From Callorhinchus milii (taxonomy: Eukaryota): DNA of 64,000 nucleotides. Each line of letters starts with the position of its first letter. Position 1 is the first letter of the stretch. Both the position numbers and the translations under genes were made by a program. The notes beneath the pieces were generated by a model. It was given only the letters and a program-made list of their open reading frames with translations. It was not told the DNA's origin and did no database searches. The stretch is from contig NW_024704742.1 of assembly GCF_018977255.1 (NCBI RefSeq), forward strand, positions 79,176,001 to 79,240,000, read 5' to 3'. This document shows positions 22,971 through 35,039 of this stretch, one piece after another.

Positions 22971-25224
22971 CCCACAGATATGGGTGTCTGGTTGTCAGCC
23001 ACTTGTTTACCTTTTCAGCTTTTATTCAGTGGTGCTGAAGAAATATTAATATTACAGTAATAACTCTTCATCTCAATAATACATAACATTAACACTACAA
23101 TAAATAAAAAGCACTGTTTCAAATGAAAATAAATGGTTTGAAAACCTTCTGCTTGCTCTGCCAGCACTTTATCCATTCTCTTCTTGCCTGAAAGTTTCTA
23201 TTTTAAAAAAAGTTTTCCTCCTTAATCTGCCTCTCCTCTATCTGTTCTACTTGATATCCTTTTGTACTTTTGAAAATATTCTGTCTTACCCCCTGAACCT
23301 CTATTTAGGCTATCAAAAAACTATTAGCTTGCCACCTTAGCTTTCTCTGCTCCAGCAAAGACAGTCATAAAAGTAACAATAATAACTTTCCAATTCTAAC
23401 TTTTCAACCCTGGTAGACAATAGCAACTTGAATTGGACAGTGGACCTTGGCTTAAGATAGCTTCTCAGAGACCTTCACAGTGACAGGGAATGCCGAGTGG
23501 TGGGGGAGGGGGTGACCATACATCTGGTCAACAATTTTAAGATGGAATTTGAAGATAGCTGGATCGATAGATGGTTGGATAGGGGTAGGTGGGTGCATGG
23601 ATGGATATACTAGTAGAACTCCGCTACATGAATCAGTGCATGAAACTAGATGGAGCACCCCAACTGCAGTCTAACCAATGTCCTGGACAAATTTTGTGTG
23701 AAGTATAAACACCATCATGGACTAGTTGAGTGGAATGGATGGTTTCCATGCAAATCACTCTAAATCTGTTTTCTTCTATCTCCCAATTTTGCTTTTGAAA
23801 GGATGGGAGCAATGCTTCACTCCCCACTACCCCCCACCCCCCCCCCCCCCACCCCATATACATACACACATAATTTTCATTGACTCCATTTGTCCTTGAC
23901 AAAGTGATCAAAAGGTTGTATACTAATTTGGTTGCATTTTCACCCACAAAACATAGTCAATTCACTTCACAGTATATTCTGTGAAGCGCTTTGAAACGTC
24001 TAGAAGACATGATAAGGCGCTATACAAAAGCAAGGATTATTATATATTATGTGACATTCCGCAATCATTCTTTTCAAAGCTAAGTAATAGATAATTGTAC
24101 CAAACTCCATTACTGTTTCAAATATGTGGATTTCTAAAAGCTCTTGAGTGGAGCCAGGCATCCCTCTGATTATGATTAATAAACAGTAGAGAAGAAACAT
24201 ATTAAATTCTCTCCTGGATGTTACTTGCATTGTACACAACATGTTCACTGATCTATGTCAGGAGGTCTGAATTAATGTACGTTTGATCTCCAGTGTGTTC
24301 ACTAATTACAAGTTGTGTGTGTATTTAATGCCAAAAGTCAATGTATTAGGCTAGATGCATGTTATGCCTTTGTTGAGGCAATGGCTGTTATCTTCATCAA
24401 GAGATCATAAGAATGTTCAGATGAAGAAGGCCCTTCAGCCCATCTGATCCTATTCCTTCCAAACATCGACTCTACCATCCTCCCATCACAGCACCAAGCT
24501 GCTATTTAAATCTTTTTAAGCACTCTGGGAAGCTGCCCCCTATGAAGGCCGCTATATAAATGTAAGACGTTGTTGTAAATTAGTCCCGTGTACTGGCCTC
24601 AACCTATGCAACTGTTTGTTTTAATGAAGTGTATTGTAGCACAGTGTATAATCATTTTAAATATGAATATAAGAGGAGGTCTTCAGCATACTTTCTGAGG
24701 GCAACACCTGACCCACCTTTTTGTTAGCAAATTCTGATATTATTGATGTGCTATTGAGGTTTGTGCCTGCTTTATCACACTCAACTCTGCATACAACTGA
24801 GGAGGCAATTTGACTTTCACACTTCTATTTCACGTATAACAATGTCTGCGATTACTAAAGTGCCTCCTGCTTGTTTCAATGACTGCACATCACTGAATCT
24901 GAAATCAATACATATCTTCTGCCCTGAAACTATGCCTCAAGTCTCAGGCAATTACTTCTTCTAATGCCTGATTTAACACAGAGTGCCTGATGTCAACTTC
25001 CATTGTGGGTTGCTTCAGAACCACTTTGTACAGCTGTGAAGTGGCATGGAGTTGCTGGTGCGAGGATGCTACGCTGATTGCATTCAAGTTCCGGCATCAA
25101 TGTTGAAATCATTTGTGAACTCGCACGCTCACAGTTGCTTCCAACTCAGATGTCCCTTCATTATTTCTACACTCAGGTTTTCTTTGTTGTTCAATAACTG
25201 TCCTGACGACATAGTATTCATTCC

Positions 25225-26074
25225 TCCAGTTGAATGTGAACAAGACTGAGGCCCTCCTGATTCGCTCGCGCCAGCACCTCTGCACCTCTGCCAGCATCAA
25301 CCTCCATGGTTGTACACTTCAACTCACCAAGCCAGTTAGGAACTAGAGATGTCTTGTTCGACCCTCAACTGTCTTTTATTCCCCACATCCAAGCCATGAC
25401 TTGCTCTGCCCTCCCTCACCTCCATAACATCGCCCAAATCCGCCACTACCTCACCCTTCAGGCCTCTGAAACTCTTGTTCATGCCTTCCTCACCTCCAGG
25501 CTCGACTATGCAAACGCCTGCTTGTCGGCCTTCCCAACTCCTCCCTCCACAGGCTGCAGATAATCCAGAACTCTGCAGCCCATGTCCGCTCCTGCACCAC
25601 ATTCCGTGACCCCATCTCCCCCACCCTCGCCCGACTCCATTGGCTCCCTATCCTTCAGAGGATCCAGTTCAAAATCTTGGTCCTCACCTACAAAGCCCTG
25701 CATGACCTCACCCCACCCTACCTCTGTGACCTCCTAACCCCATACCAACCTGCCCGTTCCCTCCGCTCAGTCGGCTCTGGTCTGCTCCACGTCCCCTGAC
25801 CCACCAGCCCCACTATTGGCGGGAGAGCCTTCAGCCACTCTGCCCCCAACCTTTAGAATTCTATTCCCCAATCACTCCGCCTCACACCCTCCTTAGCTTC
25901 CTTCAAGTCCCGCCTCAAAACCCGCCTCTTTGACCATGCCATCGGCGACCCCCCTTCCCCTCCCCTCCCTTCTCCCGCCCTGACCCCAGCTCGGGTCTGA
26001 AATGCGGTACACTGTCCAGAGCCTTGGGACGTGAAAGGCTCTATACAATTGTAATCTTGTTGTTGTTGTTGTTT
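25225..26074 (+). mobile_element. 5'-truncated L2 LINE
   Basis: QLNVNKTEALL, TSRLDYAN and LHWLP frames; (TTG)n tail. Confidence 0.93.
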
Positions 26075-26229
26075 TGCCAAACGTATGTTGCTACCATGTA
26101 GGGAAAACTGACCATGCAAGCCATACTGGCAAGAAAGCAATGGCAATCAGCACTCATGGTGCATTCTCTACTTTCCTATCTCAGATATTGTTGCCTTTGG
26201 AGGGGTGTATAGACCTCACTTTGCATTTC

Positions 26230-26396
26230 ATTTTTGGTCAGCCGTGTGTCTGACATGTGCCAAAACCCATCCCCATGCTTAAGAGTATCCAATCCAAGCT
26301 CAGATTTCCACCTACACATGTAAATCCCAGAGGTAGATTGTTGGAATGGAATACGCATTCTCTCCCTAAGGGGACGTTTCCTGCTTACCTAATTCA
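26230..26396 (-). mobile_element. 3' terminus of the RTE-group-like LINE family
   Basis: Minus strand: GAATTAGGTAAGCAGG...ATGGGTTTTGGCACATGTCAGACACACGGCTGACCAAAAA. Confidence 0.7.
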
Positions 26397-27334
26397 ACTG
26401 TGTTTGTAGAACCTTTATATCACTGGAGACACTTCATTTGTACTTAAAAGAGATTCTGTCTTTATTTTCATAGGCAAACTAATATAGTAATCAAAAAATA
26501 CTCTTATTAAACATTTCAAACAAATAAACAAATGGATTCTATTCACCACAGCACACTTATCACATTTCCCTATAATAGCTTAAATATAAAACCCTGTTGC
26601 ATTTAACTAAATTTGCACTGGAGGGAGATTTGACTTCCACAACATGCCAGTTTGTTATCTACATATTATTTTCTTTGAAGCAGAAAAACACTTACAATAA
26701 GTTTCAAAATGAAATAAGGAAGGTGGGATCTTTATGAAAGCAATTTGTTCTTATTTAATCACAAAATCACAAAGAAGCAATGAGGGTGGGATTAATTTAT
26801 GAACTTTACATATTTTATGTATTCTGGGCCTATGGGATCTCTCAGACAAGGTTGCTCTCTGTTCAAAAGACTAGGTCAATAGGAAAGGTAAATATTACAT
26901 TAAATGGGGAATAGATTAGTTGGTGAGACATTTCAAAAGGAAGAAGTGTGATTGAATACAGTCCTTGGAGAAACGACTTAACCTTTAGATAGTCAGCAGC
27001 CCGGAGATTTATTATAAAATGAGCCGTTATAGACATATTATTGGCAAATAATAGATTTATACCCATGGTTGATGCTTTGAAACTATAGTAAGGTGGCTTT
27101 TCTATGAGTTTTTTCTTCTAATAAGAATGAAATACAGTATAGTCAGATACTGAAATACAATATATAAATCAAAACAATGTACAGCATTTTGCAACAACTA
27201 TCCACAATACATAGAGTATGCCATTTATAATATTTACATACAATGATTGATTACTCTTTGGAATTAGTTGATTTACAAGAAGAAAATTATTTTTGACTAG
27301 TTTTGGAATAGTTTTTTTTAAAAGACAATCTACT

Positions 27335-27636
27335 CACGCCTCCCTCCACTCAGATAACTCTGGTTTCCTGCACATCCCCTGCCCTTTCCACACCACCATC
27401 AGTGGCCAAGCCTTCAGTTCCTACATCACTAACCTCTGGAACAGCCTCTCTCTAGCACTCAATCTTGTCTTTTATCTACACGTCTTTAAGTCTTGTCTCA
27501 AATCTTACCTCTTCACACCTATGGCCACCACTCTCTCTGCCCCTCCCCTTGCTCGGTGTCCAATCCTGTATTTGTAAAATGTTTCAAGACATTAGCCTAT
27601 CTGAAAGGTGCTATATAAATGTAAGTCATTGTTGTT
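27335..27636 (+). mobile_element. Old L2 3' fragment
   Basis: ISGQAFS...LWNSL...FKSCLKSYLF frame; tail GAAAGGTGCTATATAAATGTAAG. Confidence 0.8.
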
Positions 27637-27769
27637 CATCAGAAAAGCGTTGTGCACAATTGATGCAAAATGCTGTACTGTTATATATATATTAGCAAAG
27701 CAATATATAGTAAGTAGCTTGTCGGTGGCTAGACTCCTCATTGGGAATATTGCAAGTCAATGGAATTCA

Positions 27770-28390
27770 CAAGATCACTAGATTAGTTTGGATGAAGAAG
27801 GCCCTTTGGCCCATTCAGTGTTACCCCTCCAGAATACCCACCCTCCCATCCCATGATCAAGCTGTTTCTTAAATTAGTCCAGTATCTTGGCCTCAAGCAC
27901 CTTCCCTGGCAACCTGTTGCAACTCCAAACCCAGGTCCTCTTGTCTCACAGCAGCCTAAGCATTGTTTTGGATTTACTTTTTCAATTTCATTCAAATGTT
28001 ATACACCTCTATAAAATCCCTCTTACACATCTAATCTCAAGACTAAAGGGCCATAGATTGTCTATTCATTATTGTAGCTCATTCCTCTAACAATAGGGAT
28101 CATCCTTATTGTTCTCCTCTTCTAAGGACATAGGCTGTACCCTAATATGACAGTGACCAGAACTGTATGGCCTAACCAGAACACTACATAGCTTCTGTGT
28201 GACATAAGGAGATTTAAACTAAACTAATTAGAAATATAGCCCAGCATCCTATTTGCCATGTTTATTTCTGCCTCACACTATTTGAAAGTGTAAGATTCAG
28301 TCAATGAGCATCCCAAGATCTCTTTTACATTCCCTCGTCTTGGCAATTTCGATCCATCCAAGGAATACTTGCCTTCCTATTCCTACTAGT
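27770..28390 (-). mobile_element. CR1 LINE 3' portion
   Basis: Same 3' end as 596 and 60580; antisense ORF2 pieces (GACCAGAACTG, CCCAGCATCC, CCCAAGATC). Confidence 0.7.
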
Positions 28391-28744
28391 TACAGCTTCT
28401 GCTGAAGATATAGTTGATAATTACTTTATAAACTGTGATTAATTGGCACAGAACATAATGTGGATCATATAACTGTGCTGTTTATCAAGTTGCATTCCTT
28501 TATGTGAAATTAATTCCACAACACTGTGTAATGAGAGATTCATTGCCTCAAATTCTCCCTGAAACACAGAAGCTCAAATACAATGTTAGCCATCATTTGA
28601 GGGAATAGGGGTGTTGAGCAGATGCATTTGGCTATGGGAAACCTATGACATTCCTGGATAGTCTCAGTAGCCAGAAGGTGCAGATTCATTGGGAATTTGT
28701 CAGATTAAGGTTGTGCCTGGTTGCACTGTGGTGATGGGTATGCC

Positions 28745-29445
28745 ACAACAACAACAACAAGTTGCATTTATATAGCGCCTTTCACACGGGTTGGCATCCC
28801 GGAGCTAGGGGGAGAGGGAGGTGTGGTGACCGTAAGTACAATCAAAAAGGAAAGTCTTTAGGCATGATTTGAAAGTGGGGAGGGATGGGGCAAGATGGAG
28901 GGATTGAGGGAGAGAGTTCCAGAGTATTGGGGCAAATGACTGAAAGTATGGCCACCGACGGTAGATTAGAGGGGACAAGGGATAAATAGGAGGCCATAGC
29001 CAGCCGAGCAGAGGCAGTGGGTGGTGGAGTAGGAGGTAAGCAGGTCAGATAGGTAGGGAGGTGCGAGGGAATGAAGAGTTTTGAAAACGAGTGAGAGGAT
29101 CTTGAAATCAATCAATTTGGTAATTGGGAACCATTGGCGCCTGGCAAGAACTGTTGTGATGGGGGTATGGAGTTTTGTGTGGGTGAGTATCCAGGCGGCA
29201 GAGTTTTGAATTAATTTAATTTTGTATATGGTGGAGCTGGGGAGACCAACGAGATGGGCATTGGAATAGTCCAGCTGGGAAGTAACAAAGGCATGGACGA
29301 GGGTTTTGGTTTCTTTGGTAGTGAAGTATGGATGGAAGTGGAAAAAAATGTTTCTGGTCAGGTAACAGATGTGGGCTAGAAAGGAAAGCTGGGAATCAAA
29401 CCTGATGCCTAAGCTGCACAAGGGTTCGGTGAGTCTGATGGAGAG
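28745..29445 (-). mobile_element. L2 LINE fragment, second family
   Basis: SLGIRFDSQLSF, TSQLDYSN, IQNSAA, LAPPYLSDLL; (CAA)n tail. Confidence 0.92.
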
Positions 29446-29669
29446 CCAAAATTACTTATTCACATAAATGCAAGAATTAGCCAATGCAGGATCAGAATTT
29501 GTTAGGGAATCCCACATTTTTTATCAAGAATTAACCTATTCTTAATAAGCGTACACCATGTACTTCAAAAAGATGCATGCTGATACATTTGTGTTTTAAT
29601 AAAATCACAGGATTCTTTTAGCCCAACTGATCACAGCTTTCCAGAATGCCAACCCTACCGTTTTCAAAT

Positions 29670-30020
29670 CACAACATCAACAACAACAACATATATCGCA
29701 CCCTCCATTCAGGGTAGCTTCTTAGAACACTTAACCGTGGTGGGGTCGAAGAGGAAAGTTTTTAGGCGGGACTTGAAAGAGGGGAGAGAAGAGGGCGAGG
29801 CGGAGGGAATGAGGGGGAGTGTTCCAGGGTTTGGGGGCATATTGGCTGTAAGCACGACCTCCGATGGTAGGGCGGAGGGTGTAAGGGACGAGCAGGAGGC
29901 CGGTGCCAGTCGAGGGGATTGGCAAGGAGGAAGTAGGAGAGGTAGGGGGGTGCCAGGTTGTGAATGGATTTGAACACGAGCGTGAGGATCTTGAAGTCGA
30001 TCCGTTCGGTGATGGGGCTG
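29670..30020 (-). mobile_element. L2 3' fragment, second family
   Basis: PITERIDFKILTLVFKSIHNLAPPYLS frame. Confidence 0.9.
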
Positions 30021-30137
30021 TTTTTATTAAAAAGGTGAGTCCAACTTCCTGGCTTCAATGATCCTTCCTGGCATCCTGTTGCAGTTGTCAAGTACCCACT
30101 GGGCAAAGAAAAAAAATCTTTGTATCTGTCCTATATT

Positions 30138-30990
30138 ATTTTGGTCTCTGGGTATCTGATACATGCAGAAAACCATCATCTTGGGCAAGTTTCCTTACTC
30201 CACACGGCTGATAATAATCCCTCAAGAGAAAAAACAATAATAAAATTGGTCACTTCAAACCACGACTGTTTGTGGGATGCTGCTGTGTGCAATTGGCTGC
30301 CGCGCTTGCTCGTAAATATACAGTCAATTCACTTTATAGTATATTCTGTGAAGCGCTTTGAGATGTCAGAAGATATGAAAAAGCATTATACTAAATGCAA
30401 GGATTATTTTATTAATATGTTGCTTAGTACTATCTGAACTAAACAGAATTCCAAGCATCCCATCTTTGCACGGATGTACCCAAAATATTTATTGGAATGG
30501 AATGTGCTATCTTCCTGGCGGGACCCATCTGCTTACCTAATTCCGGAGATTATTAGGCACAGATTGGTGAGAACCAAGGCTTGGGTTCCCCAGAGTGTGT
30601 GTTGGGGGTACTGCTGGAGTCTAACCAGCTAAAAACACATAGCATTATCTGGCACGCTGACTCTCTGCTTGTCCAGCTGGGTCGACCCTACCCAATAGAG
30701 CATTGACTTGCAGGGATACAGGAGCTGAGCGGGAAGAGTCCCTGCCCCAATGACTGGTCTGCCTATGAGCCAAGCTGGCTGTGCTATCATCAGCAATACC
30801 CTCGAGTACTGTTGACCCACATGACTCAGGAACTGGATGGCCAAGACCATCATAGGGTTGGGCATAATTCCGACATTCTGTTTTGAAAACATTTCACCTT
30901 GGAGCCAGTTCAGCTCCGAGGAGACCTGTTTACCTGGAGGAAGCTCTTCCGCTGCATCTCCAGAAGCTGATATTCATAAAGGATAACTGC
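30138..30990 (-). mobile_element. 3' region of the RTE-group-like LINE family (probable ORF end + 3' UTR), split by a SINE
   Basis: Terminus 30138-30180 and UTR 30420-30640 match the family. The upstream open frame (ORF 30629-30892) is tentatively the ORF2 C-terminus, and the upstream limit is uncertain. Confidence 0.55.
30181..30415 (+). mobile_element. 5'-truncated tRNA SINE nested in the element above
   Basis: Starts TTGGGCAAGTTTCCTTACTCCACAC, ends AAATGCAAGGATTATT. Confidence 0.9.
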
Positions 30991-31339
30991 CTATACATAA
31001 AGCTGTTAAGGAATTGAAACAGGCCCTGAAATGCACTTTGAGACTGTTCTTGTTCTCATTTTCCCCAAGCCATGGCTGAGAACATGTTCGGACTGCTGTG
31101 ATATGCAATTCTGGGTTTCATAATGACACATGCTAAACTGAATTATTTGATTCATCATTATTATTTTCTCAATTTGACAGTGTGGCGATGCTGTTAAGAG
31201 AAATTTCCCAAATTAATAGTTGCGCGACGTGACTGGTTTGGTTTTGATTTTGAAACCAGATTTTTTAATCTTTTTAACATTTTAATGGTGCAACACACGC
31301 TAACACATGCTTCCTTGATGTGAAGGTATCAGACAAGTT

Positions 31340-31570
31340 ATATGATGCAAGTTGAATTCTATGGTTCAGTAAGGAAATAACTGAGTATGTTGACAAAGGA
31401 AAAACAGTAGATGTTGTGTTTTTGAATTTTCAAAAGGTGTTTGATGAAATACCAGGTAGGAGGCTTGTTGAAAAATTAAAAGCCTTTATATTAAAGGGAA
31501 TTTGGCAGCGTAGATGGAAATTTAGACAAAGGATAAGAAAATAATAATTCTTTCATGGGGTGGTCCAGGG
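31340..31570 (+). mobile_element. CR1 RT fragment
   Basis: Translates VDKGKTVDVVFLNFQKVFDEIPGRRLVEKLKA, matching the CR1 motif VDVVYLDFxKAFDKVPH. Confidence 0.85.
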
Positions 31571-31807
31571 AACAATGATTGCAGCTGTGTGTGCATATGT
31601 GTGGGAGTGTGTGTATAAAGCAGTGAGTGTGCCAGCCTGACTCAGTTTGTAGCGCCCTTGCATTTGAGTTTGAATATAGTGGAGAGAAGCTGATTGAGGA
31701 CACGTCATAAATGTTCATTGCTCTCTCCACATGGCCCCAGTCAGATTTTGTGCATTTGTTTGTAATAAAGTTGGTGCCATCATCTTCGGGCAAAGTCTTC
31801 ACTTACA

Positions 31808-32200
31808 GTGTCAGCTTGGCTCAGTGGTAGCATTCTAGCCTCTGAGTCAGAAGGTTGTGTGTTCAAGCCCCATGTCAATACTTGGAATCACGTGGTCTCA
31901 GCTGACACGCCGATGCTACATTATTGGAGGTTCCATCCTTCGGATGAAATGTTGAACCGCAGGTCCCATCTGCTTGTTCGGGTCGACATTTAAGATGCCA
32001 TGGCACTATGAGCAAAGAGAAGGGAGTTTCTCCTGGCCAACAATCTCCCAAATAAAATTGCTCACTCACTTCATGGCGATTGCCTTGCGCAAATTGGCTG
32101 CCACAAAATCACAGTGAGTCCATTTTACAGCATATCCTGTGAAGCAAGATGTTTCGACGATAAGGTGCAAAATCAAATTCAAGGATTATTATTATTATTC
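31808..32200 (+). mobile_element. DeuSINE-type element, near full length
   Basis: tRNA-like head GTGTCAGCTTGGCTCAGTGGTAGC...GTTCAAGCCC, Deu-type core CTTCGGATGAAATGTTGAACCG...CCATGGCACTAT, (TTA)n tail. Confidence 0.88.
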
Positions 32201-32618
32201 ATTCTTGGTTCCAAACTTACTGCTGCTGCCCTGACAGATTGCCTGTCACATATCAAGTTCTGGATGAGCCTGAACACTCTCCAGCTGGATGTTAATAACC
32301 CAAATGCTTCTGGCTCCAACTGTATCAACCTCTCTGGCTGCTCATGCTATCTCACAGAACCAGTGCAGAATCTTGTTTTACTGTCTACGCAATGTTTCAC
32401 TCTTACCTCATTCTGACCTCTATGATCTTCAGCAGTCCTACCCCCCTGCCTCCTCCCTGTACTATGCTAATTCAGATCTGCTTCATACCCTCACCCTGCC
32501 AGTGATCAATGAACTTTCTGCCATTTTGCTCCCGCTTTCTGAAAGTGGGAGCAAAATGAGTTTTGATCAATTTTTTCCATTGAGCAAATAATCCATCTTT
32601 AAGTAGGGAACCACATCT

Positions 32619-33205
32619 AGTAATGGTAATCCTTGCATTTAATATAGGGACTTATTACGTTATAATAATAATAATAATAATAATAATAATCCTTGCATTT
32701 GATATAGCGCTTTTCACGTCGGGAGGACGTCCCAAAGCGCTTCACAGAACACACTGTAAAGTGAACTGACTGTATATTTGTGGGCGAACGCGGCAGCCAA
32801 TTGCGCACAGCAATATCCCGTTATTGCGACATCTTAAAACTCTTTACACGATATGTCTTAAAGTGATCTGACTGTATTTTGTGTGCAAACAGAGCAACTA
32901 CTTTGCATACAACAGTGTCCCACAAATAGCTGTGAAGTGAGAGGCCAGTTTTATGTGGGGTGTTGTTGGCCAGGACACTGGGAGAAACTCCCTTCACTTT
33001 TCAAATAGTGGCATGGGATATTTAACGTCCACCTGAAGAGACAGATGGGGTCTCAGTTTAACATTTCATCCAAAGGACGGCACCTTTGACAAAGCAGCCC
33101 TGCCCCAACACTGCTTTTGAGTGTTAACATAGACTACTGGGGTTCAAACCTCACAATCTTCTTACTCAGAGGCGACAGTGTTACCAAATGAACCAGGCTG
33201 ACCCT
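32619..33205 (-). mobile_element. DeuSINE-type element with a young SINE 3' half (32661-32817) inserted near its tail
   Basis: Old tail 32619-32655, young SINE, then old body 32820-33205. Confidence 0.85.
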
Positions 33206-34724
33206 CATCGTGAACGAGAGGAGATTTCCTATTTTATAGTCACTTTGGCACATCCATCTCTTCTTTAAGCACAAATATGCACAAAGAAAAATGAATGCAA
33301 GTCGTTTTTAGTACAGCTACTGATAACAATAAATTTCCTTACAACCAGTTTTTCTTGGATAGTTATGTTAATGGCTTATTGTCTGGGCGGAGACACTATT
33401 GATTTTTCTATACATGAGCTCTTCCTGCCCATTAGATTTCTAAACTTTTCTACATTCATCTGCAACTGACACAAAAGCTGCAGTAGATCATGCGGGCAGG
33501 TTGCTAAGCAACAGGCTAATAACAATACCAAATTCAGCAAGATGTGTTGTCTTCCTAAGGGGAGAGAGGTCAGGGTTTATACTACAACATTCAGCCAAGC
33601 TAAAAATGCAGTCTTGCAAGTGGTCTTTCTATTGATTCCAAGGATTTTTCATTCCCTAAATATTCCTTTTTGTCCTCGGTGTCATCAGTGCTAACCTTAA
33701 CATTGCCTCTGCAATTTGTAAACGCTTTGTTATTTTGTCCTCTTTAAGAACTCTCACGTTACAATTACATCAAGGGTAGGTTTTCTGATTCCCTTATGCA
33801 GTGGGCAGTCCTCAAAACCATTCTGCAAGGTATTAATCACACATTGGGAAGACAAATTGTGCAGAACTTTGATATGACGATTAATAATACTAATTTGAAT
33901 AGAAATAAAAAACCTTGGCTGGTGCCATAATGTAACCAAGCCAAATATTAAGAAGTACTCTGGTTTGATTCCACTCGTTGTTCATGTTAAAATGTAACAT
34001 GTAAAATGTAAAATGTACATTCTTGTAAAATGTAAGTCTAGAATATGTTTAATTTTTGGAATAATGCCACACACTCGGTGACTGTTTCAATTTCATCTAC
34101 AATGCTGAAGATGAAAAACTTATTTTTTTACATGAGGCTTGTGACAGTTTCCAACTGTGCAAGTAAAATGGGTTAAACGATCCCCTATACCAAACCCCTT
34201 GAATTCTCACTGTGACTGAATTCACAGACCGAAGTTTTAAAAGGATACTTTGAACCAATCATAGATGGCTATAATTTATGGGTAAATTATCTTTTCCCTC
34301 TCTTGGAGGACATTTTTCATCATTGCAGTAATTTGCATCTGTTTTATGATGTCTGGTCAGATGGACTTTAAAGATCTCATAACACTAATCGAAAAGTAAA
34401 TAAGAGTTTCTCCTGATGTTCTGGCCATCGGTCCTCCAGCTATAAACAGGCTATACTCTAGCCTGTTTATACGATGTTGTTGTGCACAAATTGATTATCA
34501 CATTCACCTAAAATACACAGTCACTATACTTTATAATCTTAGTTATACAATAATTCTTGTAAACACGTTTTTAAGACGTTTCAACATGATAGGAGTTATA
34601 TAAAATCCAAAAATTACTATCATGAAACACAAGAAGGGTAAAAAATCACGATCATGTTTGCATTTACAACTGTTGTTCAGCTCCTTGGGATGTCCACTCT
34701 ATGTGAAAGGTGTTACTTAGGTGT

Positions 34725-35039
34725 GGAGTCCTGTAGCTCAGTGGTTAGAGCACTTGCAAGTGAGAGACCTGAGTTCAATTCTAGGCAGGGCGAAACCTTA
34801 AGCAAGTTTCCTTACTTCACACGCCTAATAATAATCCCTCCAAAAAACAAAAACAATAATAAATTGATCATTTTCAATCTACGACTGTTTGTAGGACATT
34901 GCTGTGCGCAATTGGCTGCTGCGTTCGCCCACAAATATGCAGTCAATTCACTTTACAGTATATTCTGTGAAGCGCTTTGGGACGTCTAGAAGACGTGAAA
35001 AGTGCTATATCAAATGCAAGGATTATTATTATTATTATT
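34725..35039 (+). mobile_element. tRNA SINE, full length, inserted in an L2 tail
   Basis: Head GGAGTCCTGTAGCTCAGTGG; flanked by L2 tail halves at 34675-34719 and 35040-35062. Confidence 0.93.

Noticed and set aside
30934..30990. Candidate 57-nt exon AVILYEYQLLEMQRKSFLQ (minus strand)
   Set aside because: Weak acceptor and contiguous with the probable LINE 3' remnant. Not excluded, but unsupported.
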